Below are positions 25,486-37,319 of a stretch of DNA of 64,000 nt, one piece after another; within the stretch, counting starts at the first letter, position 1; each line of letters starts with the position of its first letter. Position numbers and translations under genes: made by a program. The stretch is from Malacoraja senta. Its lineage: Eukaryota. The DNA lies in the NCBI GenBank assembly GCA_038087875.1, contig CM075985.1, forward strand, positions 17,298,001-17,362,000, written 5' to 3'. The notes below the pieces were generated by a model. The model was given only the letters and a program-made list of their open reading frames with translations, did not search any database and was not told the origin of the DNA.

Positions 25486-26437
25486 TATAGACATAGAAAT
25501 ATAGAAACATAGTAAAATAGGTGCAGGAGTAGGTCATTCAGCCCTTTGAGCCAGCACCGCCATTCAATATGATCCTGGCTAAAATCAGTACCCCGTTCCT
25601 GCTTCTTCCCACTATCCCTTGATTCCTTTAACCCTAAGAGCTAAATCTAACTTGAAAACATCCAGTGAATTATGTGGCAGAGAATTCCACAGATTCATAA
25701 CTCTCTGGGTGAAAACGTTTTTCCTCACCTCAGCCTTAAATGGCCTACTCCTTATTCTTAAACTGTGACCCTGGTTCTGGAATCCCCAACATTGGGACCA
25801 TTTTTCCTGCATCTAGCCTGTACAGTCCTTTAAGAATTGTATATGTTTCTACAAGATATCCTTTCATCCTTCTAAACTTCAGTGAATACAAGCCCAGTTG
25901 ACCCATTCTTTCAACATATGTCAGTCCTGTCATCCCGGGAATTAACCTGGTGAACCTACGCTCCACTCCCTCAATAGCAATAATGTCCTTCCTCAAATTA
26001 GGAGACCAAAATTGCACACAATACTCCAGGTGCGGTCTCACCAGAGCCCTGTACAACTGCAGTAGGACCTCCTTGCTCCTAAACTCAAATCAGCTCGCTA
26101 TGAAGGCCAACATGCCATTAGCTTTCTTCACTGGCTGCTGTACCTGCATGCTTACTTTCAATAACTGATGTACAAGCGCACCGAGGTCTCGTTGCACCTC
26201 CCCTTTTCCTAATCTGACACCATTCAGATAATAATCTGCCTTCCTGTTCTTGCCACAAAAGTGGATAACCTCACATTTATCCACTTTATACTGCATCTGC
26301 CATGCATCTGCCCACTCACCCAACCTATCCAAGTCACCTTGCAGCCTCATAGCTTCCTCCTCGCAGGTCACACTGCCACCCGGCTTTGTGTCATCTGTAA
26401 ACTTGGAGATGTTACATTTAATTCCTTCGTCTAAATT
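25486..26437 (-). mobile_element. CR1 RT/3' fragment
   Basis: NLDEGIKCNISKFTDDTK ... [15 protein letters not shown], with tail. Confidence 0.92.
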
Positions 26438-26659
26438 GAGAGTTGAGATGAAACAGTCAGTGAAGCACATTTGCTTTGGCATCATTTACCCACTTTCTCC
26501 ATTAACATCTGATATTTATCTGCAGATTGTCATAAGGGGCAAATCAACACGGGAAGATTTCCAACTTTAAAGTTTTTACATTGTATACTTTTCCCTTTAC
26601 AGAAACATTTCATCTGGATGAACATTATGTATTAATTAGTCCAAAATATAATTTATGCA

Positions 26660-27778
26660 CCTATTTTGGTATTAGGGGTAGGGTACTGACATGGATAGAA
26701 AATTGGTTGGCAGTAGGGAATAATGGGTCCCTTTCTGAATGACAGGCAGTGACAAGTGGGGTACAGCAAGGTTCGGTGCTGGGTCCGCAGCCATTTACAA
26801 TATATATTAATGATTTAGATGAAGGGATTAAAAGTAACATTAGCAAATTTGCAGATGACACAAAGCTGGGTGGCAGTGTGAACTGTGAGGAGGATGCTAT
26901 GAGGATGCATGGTGACATGGACAGGTTGGGTGAGTGGGCAGATGCATGACAGATGCAGTTTAATGTGGATAAATGTGAGGTTATACACTTTGGTGGCAAA
27001 AACAGGAAGGCAGATTACTATCTGAATGGTGTCAAGTTGGGAAATGGGGAAGTACAACAAGATCTGGGGGTCCTTGTTCATCAGTCACTGAAAGTACACT
27101 GAAAGCATGCAGGTACAGCAGGGAGTGAAGAAAGCTAATGTCATGTTGGCCTTCATAACAAAAGGAGTTGAGTATAGGAGCAAAGAGGTCCTTCTGCAGT
27201 TGTACAGGGCCCGGGTGAGACCACAGCTGGAGTATTGTGTGCAGTTTTGGTCTCCAAATTTGAGGAAGGACATTCTTGCTATTGAGGGAGTGGAGCGTAG
27301 GTTCACGAGGCTAATTCCCGGGATGGTGGGACTCTCATATTTTGATAGAATGGAGCAGCTGGGCTTGTATACTCTGGAGTTTAGAAGGATGAGAGGATAT
27401 CTTATTGAAACATATAAGATTATTAAGGGATTGGACACGCTAGAGGCAGGAAACATGTTCCTGATGTTGGGGGAGTCCAGAAACATGGGCCACAGTTTAA
27501 GAATAAGGGGTAGGCCATTTAGAATGGAGATGAGGAAAAACCTTTTCACCCAGAAAGTTGTGAATCTGTGGAATTCTCTACCTCATGAAGCAGTGGAGGC
27601 CAATTCTCTGGATGCTTTCAAGAGAGATTTAGATAGAGCTCTTAAAGATAGCGGAGTCAAGGGATATGGGAAGAAGGCAGGAACGGGGTACTGATTGTGG
27701 ACAATCAGCCATGATCACAGTGAATGGCGGTGCTGACTCGAAGGGCCGAATGGCCTACTCCTGCACCTATTGTCTATT
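26660..27778 (+). mobile_element. CR1 RT/3' fragment
   Basis: [23 protein letters not shown] ... GYGKKAGTGY*, with tail. Confidence 0.92.
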
Positions 27779-27951
27779 TTAGTTCTTAGATAAAAGAACA
27801 AGTAGTAACAGTTTCAGATCTGTATAAATGGTCACTTAAAAGTAGAGAATGAGAAAAATGTAACCGGACAGGCCATTTGACAAAAATGAGTCTCCAAAAC
27901 CACTGACATTGCCATGCCCACTGCATTACTTGATACCTTCAGTATTGACCT

Positions 27952-29162
27952 TTATGCAACATTATAATCTGTATAAGTGAATTAGTTGTGAATTAATATA
28001 CACCAGTGGTGATATTACTGGAAGGCACGTGTGTCTTCTGAGAATTTCTACCTACATTCCCATTTTGTTTTAGATAAACAATATAATTAATTCAAATAAA
28101 TGTCTGCCTACGTGACGTATGGTTTCCATTGATTGCATTATTCTTTTGTTGTGGAGCTCAGTGGAATATATATTTGAATGTATGAAAGGTTAATGACAAA
28201 ACATATCCTGTCATGCAATGATCACCAATTGAAGCATGTTTCCGCATTGCACACAATTATAAAGAAAGGAATACTTCTGAATATATCTGGGATAGAGTCA
28301 TAGAATGATACAGCATGGAAACGGGCGCTTCAGCCCACACCAACCAACATGTCCCAGATACACTAGTTCTACCTGCCCGTGTTTGGTCCATATTCTTCCA
28401 AACCTGTCCTATCCATGTACCTATCTAACTGTTTATTAAATGTTGGGATAGTCCCTGACTCAACTACCTCCTCCGGCAGCTTGTTCCATACCCCCACCAC
28501 CCTTTGTGTGAAAAAGTTACCCATCAGATTCCTATTAAATCTTTTCCCCTTCACCTTAAACCCATGTCCTCTGGTCCTTGATTCACCTACTCTGGGCAAG
28601 AGATTCTGCGCATCTACCCGATCTATTCCTCTCATGATCTTAAACTGTTCATGCATGATATGTTCAAGCATATGATATATGTTATATATGATACATGAAC
28701 AAATGGATGTTCTTGCACAAGATATTTGTATTGTCTGAGTGCCAATGTTATAGTTAATGCCGTGAAACTAGCATTCTATTTTTATTCACAGTTGCAAAGA
28801 AAATCCATTTCTGTGAGATAAAATGAACCTATATATCTTTCTGTTTACCAACATGATTTCTACAAACACATCAATACTGATGGTAATTTTAGATTTGTGT
28901 TGACAGAATTGAATCACGCATTCCTTTGATGGTCATCACTGGACCAGGCAGGCATGGAGTTTAATGAAATAGGTAACATCAAATAGCAGCCCCACATGGG
29001 GATGAATCGACAGCCACAATATCCTCAACCTTTGATGAGAGAGTGAGGTGGGGTCCCTCTTGCTGCAGCGTATGCTGCTTCCATGGACAACAAATGACTG
29101 CTCCTAATGCACTAATAACCCACCAACCTTGAGAATTCACACTGAAGATGACAGGTAGAAAT
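27952..29162 (+). repeat. ~1.2-kb direct duplication, copy B
   Basis: Starts TTATGCAACATTATAATCTG and ends GACAGGTAGAAAT, as copy A does. Confidence 0.95.
28293..28640 (-). mobile_element. CR1 3' fragment inside duplicated block, copy B
   Basis: Translation KIMRGIDRVD...TRGH...FFTQRVVGVWNKLP. Confidence 0.88.
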
Positions 29163-29217
29163 GAAATTGGAACATAAACGGAGCCACACTATAGAATGGT
29201 GGGTGGGAACAAGTATA

Positions 29218-29345
29218 TGGGGATCAAGGGATATGGGGAGAAAGCAGAAACGGGGTACTGATTTTGGATGATCAGCCATGATCATATTGAATGGCGGTGC
29301 TGGCTCGAAGGGCCTACTCCTGCTCCTATTTTCTATGTTTCTATG
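29218..29345 (+). mobile_element. CR1 3' terminus
   Basis: GGATCAAGGGATATGGGGAG ... TTTTCTATGTTTCTATG. Confidence 0.85.
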
Positions 29346-29640
29346 CTGGCCTTCTTTATGCTTCATTCTGAATACAGTCCAATTCATTCAGAGTATCTTA
29401 GGTTCATGTCAAGTTTTTGCTGTTTTTGCTGTTTATGACACTCCTGTTTATTACACTCCTTTCCTTGGCCTCCATTTTATGGGCGTCAGCTGTGTCACCT
29501 TTCCTCCCCTGCTGTGGTTCATGCTTTCCTGACAAAAGTGCAGTTGCTTTTCCACAGCTTCAGTGACAAGGTGGAGTGTTTCCTTTCTGTGGTGGCATCA
29601 TGGGGCATATGGCCAAAGACAAGCAAAACCACTGTACTAA

Positions 29641-29848
29641 AGGACACAAAATGCTGGAGTAACTCAGCGGGACAGGCAGCATCTCTGTAGAGCATGGATA
29701 AGTGACATTTTGGGTCGGGACTGAAGACTGGTCCTAACCCTAAACATCACCTATCTGCGTTCTCCTGAGATGCTGCCTGACCCATTGATTTACTCCAGCA
29801 CTTTGTGTCCTTTTGTGTAAACCAGCATCTGCAGTTACTTGTTTTTAC
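29641..29848. mobile_element. Fold-back Penelope-like element
   Basis: Inverted arms. Degenerate TSD CACTGTACTAAA / CACTGTATAAAA. Confidence 0.82.
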
Positions 29849-30099
29849 ACTGTATAAAATATTTGGAAGCTTGCTTAACCAAGTGCAATAACCGAAAGTT
29901 GCTGTACTCCTCAACCCAATGGATTAACTGTGAACTAATGAAGACCTGAAGTGTTAACTTTGTTTCTCTGCCCACAGGTCGTGCCTGACCTACTGAGTGC
30001 TTCCAGCATTTTCTGTTTTTATTCCAGACATACAATCTTTACAAACACTGCTCAACCTTTGACTTGCATGATTCTCATTAGCAGCAGAAAGTAAGTGAC

Positions 30100-30495
30100 C
30101 AAAATTAAAAAAAAAAAATTCACACGTTATATTGCAAAATATCCCCAGATGCTCAACAGAAGGGTAATTAAATAAAAATAAGACAAAGAGATAGGCAAGA
30201 ACAGTTGACCAAAATATGGACAAGTAAACAGAAGTTAATAATGATCTTAAATAAACTGGGATGCATAGAGAGGTGGAGAGGGAATTGCAGAGTTGAGGCA
30301 ACAGAAGGGATAACCAAGAATAGTTGGTGGGAAGGATGAATTACAGGCCGACCAAATACTGAGTTCTATAAGTTGTAAGGCCAGAGAAGGTTACAGACGT
30401 AGGAAGGCTTGATTAGATATGAACATGAGCAGCAAATTTAAAAAGTTGAGATGTTTGGGAATTGGAAGCCAATGTAAGTATGTGAACACAAGAAT
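30100..30495 (-). mobile_element. Ancient L2 LINE 3' remnant
   Basis: Minus strand encodes LHWLPIPKHLNF, an L2 ORF2 C-terminal motif. Confidence 0.6.
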
Positions 30496-30512
30496 ACTGT
30501 TAATAGAATTAA

Positions 30513-30683
30513 ATAGTAGAAACAAGGAACTGCAGATGCAGGTTTACCAAAGAAAGACACAAAATGCTGGAGTAATTCAGCAAGTCAGGAAGCATCCGTG
30601 AAGAACATGATCGGTAATGTTGCAGGTTGGAATCCTTTTCAGACTGATTGCAGGGGTGGGGGGAAATAAAGCTAGAAGAATCA
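30513..30683 (-). mobile_element. Penelope-like 3' terminal fragment
   Basis: 14-bp TSD GTTAATAG(A/T)ATTAA (30499-30512 / 30684-30697). Confidence 0.82.
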
Positions 30684-32157
30684 GTTAATAGTATTAACTG
30701 CTAGTTAAAATAATTGCCAGCAGCGATGTGTGTCCGTTTAACTTTATGGAGGTGATACCTTAACCAGGAAATCACTGGAAATTGAGAAAGAAGACATGAC
30801 TCCCCAAATAAACATGGCAGAGCAGTTAAAAGGGGGATCCCTGATCTCTATTCTGCACAAGGTAAATATCCAATGCTCATAACAATTCTTATTGCAAACA
30901 GCATGGGGAAGAACTTCAATTGGCCCCCAAAACACAGGCTGGTAAACTACCAATGTTAATTGAGATATTAGAGTCAAACAGTCGTAGAGTCATACAGCGT
31001 GGAAACAGGCCATTCAGCCCAACTTGCCCACGTCGATAGTTGATAGTGATAATTGAGTGGGAATGTTTCCCAAGGAGCTGTGGACGATGAGCCATTGCAT
31101 GCTCAAGGGTGGTGCTTGGGTCATAGAGGAGCCAGAAGTCAGGGGAACAGACAGGAATGAGCATACATTTTTTTTTTTGAGCAGACATGCAAAGCGATCT
31201 CACTTAAGCTAAAGTCTAATAATGATCAGATAACCTGTTACAGTGCTGTTAATTGTAAGTAAATATTGAAGCAGGAAAGTGGAGCCGAGGCCAAGATGGG
31301 ATAAGCCAAGACCTTATTGAATGCTAGATGCGGCTTAAGGGGCCAAAGGGGTTACATTTCCTGCTGTTTCTTAAGTGTTTAATGGTTTCCCTTTGGATAT
31401 ACAATTATCGGTTCACAATAGCACAGAAGGCAGCCATTAATCCCATCAATTCCATGCCAGCTCCCAGCAGAGGGACAATGAGGCACACGTCTCTTATCTT
31501 CATGGGTCTGAGGAAGTATCCTGACCCGAAACATCACCTATCCATGTTCTCCAGGGATGCTGCCTGACCCGCTGAGTTACTCCAGCACTTTGCGTCCTTT
31601 GTTTTCTAAGCCAGCTTCTGCAGTTCCATGTTTCATCATGCTTCTGTCTCCAGTGGGTTGCTGAGAATATTGTACGTCAGACCTAGATGCAGTGCCTCAA
31701 GAAACTCAGTGATATGAATTGAGGAGTGATGGGAAGACACCAGATGTAGGCTCCTTTAGCCTGTCTGTTTAGCCTGTGGCCCCAGCACTGACCAACCTCC
31801 TTCTGCCACTCCCTGTCTCATGGGGGCACTTGATAGTGAACTTCTCCTAGTAGCTGCTCCATCTCCTGTGCCCCTTGCTCCTGCCTCCCCCCTCAAGGCC
31901 GCTCACCCTACTGCCTCTCCCATTGAAGCAGCAGAAAAGACAAGTGCCCATGGAAAGCAGCTGAGTTTAGAGATTTGTTTTAGCTTTGATCTAAAAGATA
32001 ATGAATTAATGTTCTCTAGAAGTTTGTTTGCAATGACGTTGATATTCCTTGTTTATTTCGTTAGGTCAGTATGGGGATTAGAACTGAGAGCAGAAGGAGG
32101 GTTGGTGCATATGAAAGATGGAGGGAGTCTGATTCAATGCAATAAATCATGTTGATT

Positions 32158-32416
32158 CATAGAAACATAGACAATTGGTGCAGGAGTAGGCCATTTGTCC
32201 CTTCGAGCCAGCACCACCATTCAATATGATCATGGCTGATCATCCAAAATTAGTAGGAAATAACTGCAGGTGCTGGTTTAAACGAAGGTGGACACAAAAT
32301 GCTGGAGTAACTCAGCGGGACAGGCTGCATCTCTGGAGAGAAGGAATGGGTGACGTTTCGGGTCGAGATCCTTCTTCAGACCCCGTTCCGGCTTTTCCCC
32401 CCCATATCCCTTGATT
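32158..32416 (-). mobile_element. CR1 3' terminus interrupted by a Penelope-like fragment (32255-32380)
   Basis: The CR1 sequence CATCCAAAATTAGTA|CCCCGTTCC is split by the insert. Confidence 0.85.
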
Positions 32417-32869
32417 TCCTTACTGATACTTGATTCACAACTATAGAACCACTGCAGGCGGCAGCAATCCTGGTCATTTCTTTCCCTGTTCTTTTATATC
32501 TTCCTGAATGTGAGCTCTGCCAGATGTGCAGTGTGGGCATGTGCAGCTCATTCAAAACCATGGTTGAGGTACGCCATTGTTTGTTGTATTATGTATCACC
32601 AATGCCAATGAGTTTTTCTTGGATTCACAAAGGAAAAGGCCAAGGGCTTTTACTTGACACCATACCCTTGGCCCAATACCCAAGCTGGGTGAGAGGGATG
32701 ATGAATTGAAAACTGATGGAGAGCAAAGTCACGGGGATAATTCTGAGAAGCCTCGGGCATTGAGCAACATCATCTGTTGGCTGTGATCACAAACCAGCTA
32801 TACATTCAGAGGATCAAAAGCCAGTTGAAGAAGATGCTGGGATCGTCCTATGAAAAATGCAGGTCAAAG

Positions 32870-33168
32870 CGGGGCAAAACAGTGACACAGCTGGCAGAAC
32901 AGCTGCTTCCATATTATCAATCCTGATGGGCTGTCTGTGTGGAGTTTACATATTTTCCCTATGACTGTTTTGGTTTCCTCTGGGTGTTCCGGTTTCCTAC
33001 CACATTCCAAAAACATGTGTGTTTGTAGATCAATTAGCCTCTGTAAATTGTCCCTGGCATGTGGGGACTGAATGCGAAAGTGGAATAACATAGAACACAT
33101 GTGAATGGGTGATCGATCATCAGCATGGACTCGATGGTCTGAAAGGCTTGTTTCCATACTGTATCTTT
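32870..33168 (+). mobile_element. HE1-like V-SINE
   Basis: V-domain and CR1-like 3' end. Confidence 0.8.
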
Positions 33169-33205
33169 CCACAAAGTGTTCTTCCTTGCTTGGCATCCTC
33201 CACAT

Positions 33206-33259
33206 GGGGTGGGAGATTGCAATCTTCACGTGGTCCACCCTATTTCAACTAATGCAATC
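33206..33259 (+). ncRNA. Minimal HDV-like self-cleaving ribozyme at the element 5' end
   Basis: P1 GGGGUGG/CCACCCU (G1-U wobble), J1/2 GA, P2 GAUUGCA/UGCAAUC, P3 AUC/GGU, L3 UUCACGU, vestigial P4, J4/2 CUAA. Confidence 0.8.
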
Positions 33260-33339
33260 AACCCGACGTGCACAAACAAGATCAAATAGAACAAGTTGAC
33301 CTACATTAGGCTGTGCAGCCATACGCAAGAAGAGGAAGT
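33206..33339 (+). mobile_element. 134-bp ribozyme-headed non-autonomous retroelement (Vingi/Ingi- or RTE-like bipartite), copy 2
   Basis: 10-bp TSD TCCTCCACAT (33196-33205 / 33340-33349). 3' end GCCATACGC(AAG)n. Homologous to 19221-19354. Confidence 0.85.
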
Positions 33340-34134
33340 TCCTCCACATGATGTCAATGGCTTGTGAGGCATACTCTAAGGAGCAGTGCACTGCAAATTG
33401 ACATAGTCTCATGTCAGCAGACATGTAATCTCTAGTAGTTCATAGATGAGCTTTAGAAAATTCATGGTCACATCATCTTTACAAATGTCAGCTGAGCTGT
33501 GCAACCTCAGATCCTACTTCTTCCTAGAATAGCTTCAGCCTGATGGAATGGAAGGCTGCCAGACATTTGGTCCTCCCTTTAATTTGAGATACATTTCCCT
33601 GTGGTGAAGGGTCCTTGTGATTAATGTTCTTCCGTGCTCTCACTACCAGTAGCTGCGTATTCTCCCTCGTTCCTAACTGCTGTCACATCTATCTTTCCTC
33701 CAACTCCATTAGTAGAGTCAGTAGTAAAGCCATTTTACCACAACGTCCCTCAATCTAAGGAATCAATGCCACTGACCCCAACAATCTGAAGTTGAGGCCC
33801 CTTGAAAGACAAAGTACTAAAACTCCTTCAGTATTACTTTTTGCAGCTATATCCCTCAGCAAACCCCTAACCCCATCAACAACTGAAAACAGACAAGTGG
33901 AGAATTATCTTCATTCAACATTCATTTTCAACACTGCTACTGTAATCTGTTTGCCAGCTTTGTCAACAAAATTATCCTAGGCAGGATTGACAAAACCATG
34001 TACATGTAAACAATGTGGAAAGTGATCCTTCATTGCTTGTACGGCCTTTGTTGAATATTTTAACACGGTCAAACTTCTGTACAGACGGCCAAATAGGATG
34101 AGCACTTGCCCAGTGAACTTCAGCAGCACGTTGG

Positions 34135-34452
34135 GGTTTAGTTTAGTTTAGTTTAGAAATACAGCATGAAAACAGGCCCTTTGGCCCACCGAGTCCACGC
34201 CGACCAGTGATCCCCGCACATTAACACTGTCCTACACTGACAATTTACATTTATACCAAGCCAATTAACCTACAAACTTGTACGTCTTTGGAGTGTGGGA
34301 GAAAACCAAAGATCTTGGAGAAAACCCACGCGGTCACGCGGATAACGTACAAACTCTGTACAGACAGCCCCTGTAGTCAGGATCGAACCCGGGTCTCTGG
34401 TGCTGTAAGCGCTGTAAGGTAGCAACTCTACCGCGGCACCACCATGCTGCCC
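34135..34452 (-). mobile_element. HE1-like V-SINE, full length
   Basis: A/B boxes, V-domain, (CTAAA)n tail on the minus strand. Confidence 0.9.
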
Positions 34453-36499
34453 TATAATTTGCAATCAGAAACTTGTCACCCACCCCTCCGACCAATGTTT
34501 GCCCCATTTCTAACTGATCCCCAACATGGCTGCAATGTGAGTGACATAATCCAATACACCTATCCAACCAAATAACTTTCTTGTTGCTTGAGCACATAAA
34601 ATTAATTCAGACAGAAATCATGAAAACAAGCAATGAAAGTAATATATCCTGACACAGATCCCGTATACACATGTTCTTCATCATATCATAAATTAGTGCA
34701 ATAAGTAAAGAAGCAAAGTGGAATATATGTCTTGCGATCTATCTATAAATCAATTTCCATTCAATAATTAGGACAATGACAGAATGATACAAACATGTTT
34801 ATTTATTAAAATTACAATGAAAATACAGCTGTCTTTTATACTGTATACATGCCCTTGAGGAATTGTGTTGCCATTTGTTTCTGACACCAAATAATGCACT
34901 GCGGAATATTGTGTGCAGAGATGGTGAAGAAGGTAAGCAACACTGGGGCTGTCTCCATGTCAGGTAACGAAAGGTTTCATCTACTTCATCAAAGATTTAA
35001 AATAGTTCTTGAAGGAATTTTAGGATTAAATTACTAGGATGTAATGATGTTTTTCCGTGATGTTCCATATTTTGCTGCATCACTGGGCTGCAATCCCCTT
35101 CGAAGTTTCACAAAGTGACTGCAGATAAAACCGGTGCTGCAGAAGTTTATATTCTAGTCTTACATTAATTAATGGAAGTGTACTCGATTGTAGCATTCTG
35201 GAGTCCAGCACTATCTGCACTTAGTAATGCAGCCTTAGTGTCCAACGACATCTTGTACATATTGACCTCCATGTGAAATGAATGCAGTCTTCTTCCAAAA
35301 AAATAGTTTTTTCTTGTGCCAGTTAAGCGCTCACATGAATGTTCTGCATTCATTCATGTCCAAGTATGTGCCACAGTATCTGTACTAGTGCTTGTAGTAC
35401 AAGTGCCTCTGAAGGTGTTCGTTTTTGGGAGTGCTGCACATGGTAAACGTTGCATCATCCAAATGACTCATCTAACCTGCGGAAGCAACAAAGGTAGCAC
35501 AAGTCTCTTGTCATTAGAAACATTCTACAGCTTGTAGTATGCCTCAGCTACATCAAACAAAAGTTGATGTGTGCATTTGAAAAAAATTCTGAATGGTAAA
35601 ATTAATATATTCATCTAAAAAGAGGCATATGCTTTTGATGGCCACTTACCAGCCTAAGTTAAGCCGTTTCCTCCTCATACTCTCCAATCCATTCCGAGTT
35701 GTTGAGACTCAGTAATTCACCCTCTCCTCAAATGCGGTCAATTTTTTTTCTCCAGTCAGGATCTGGTTGGGTTGATGAGCGAACATAAATTTTCTGTAAG
35801 TTTGTTAATGTTATTAAACCTTTCGGGCCAACATAATACCTCCCTTTTATTAGTAGAAAATGTTCTAGCTACTCAAAAACTCGTTCTCAGGTTTCCAAAT
35901 GAATTCTTGGATTCAGTATTGTTCTTCAGTAAATTTCATTTGGGTCTTGGCCTTTATGATCCTGATTTTTCCATTTACTTCAATAACGTTAGCCTAAGAT
36001 ACGGATACTATTCTGAAAACATTTATGCATCTGGATCAATGGAAAATATGTTTATTGGACTCAACAACTCTATACCAATGCATTAATAACCATTGTACAT
36101 TGAGGAATAATCATTGTTCATACACAATGAGTGACTGTATTGTTGCTAATAAGATGCACTGGATTTTTAAGAAAGTCAGCATGTCCGTTCAAAGTTGAGA
36201 AATGTAATCAATTGCATTCAAAATGTTGTTTAAGGGGGCAGGTTCACAAACAAAATGCTGACAATTTATTTGCATAATTATAGAACACCATTCTTATATT
36301 TTGTATGATAATTGATTCAATGAATTATGTAATAGTACAACTAAAATCTAAACTTTCCCACCAATATATACATTTAGCCAATAAATACATCGCATTTATG
36401 TTTTGGAGCATATATATCACTTAATTCAAGTCTCATCAATTGTCATATTTAACAGATGCATCTCTAAACTTAACTAAAGATTAATCTCTCATCTCTTTT

Positions 36500-37280
36500 C
36501 ACTAATCAGCGCCATCACGCATCTGAAGAAGGGGAAACAAAGCACTGCAAGACTCAAGCCCAAGCATAAACAAAAATTAACTGGGCATTCATGCCACCAG
36601 CAGAATACAGACCATTAGTAACTTCATTACAGTATTGGAAGGTGTACCTTCATGATTTAAACAAGCTGATCAAAAACTGTGCCTTCTCCATCAAACTTGG
36701 AGCTAAATGTTGCTGCGGATGCGTTCCATGGGATAGGCTCCTCCTAGGAAGTGTACTTGCTCCTCTGCTTGTTAACATCCATATAAATGATCAATCAATC
36801 TATCCAAATGTAGGTTGCTTTATCTATGCCAATGAGTTGGGGTCTTGGTGTAAGTTGGGGATATTTCCCAGAACATGCACTCACCAGGCTGAATAGCTAC
36901 TGTGCTACCAATCATTGTGGATCCAATTTACCAAGACAAGGATCAACCTCTGCCATGTACCCATCCAAGTTGAGAACAAAGAGCTAAATATCAATTGGAA
37001 TGATATCCGTATGATTCATTGCACAATTCCACTTAAATACGGGGTGTCAATAGAAATAGAGATCACGGGAGGAGGTGGAGTTAATAAATGTAGGAAAACG
37101 TCCACAAATTTAAAGGCAGTCACAATCAGATCCTCCACATCATGCCCATGTAACCAACATGGACACAATGCTGGACAACAGGTGCCACATCACCATAGTC
37201 ATCCAACTAACATCAAGAGATTGTTTATCTCTGACATCACGCTGTCAGACCCAGACATCCATTGGCACTGGGGCTAACAT
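36500..37280 (+). mobile_element. Degraded Vingi/Ingi-type LINE RT remnant
   Basis: AITHLKKGK, YRPL, GSVLAPLLVNIHINDQSIYPNVGCFIYANEL (degenerate PQGS/YADD), LNINWND...KYGV. Confidence 0.6.
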
Positions 37281-37319
37281 AAGTATCATAGTGTGATATG
37301 ATACTATGATAATTTTGCA

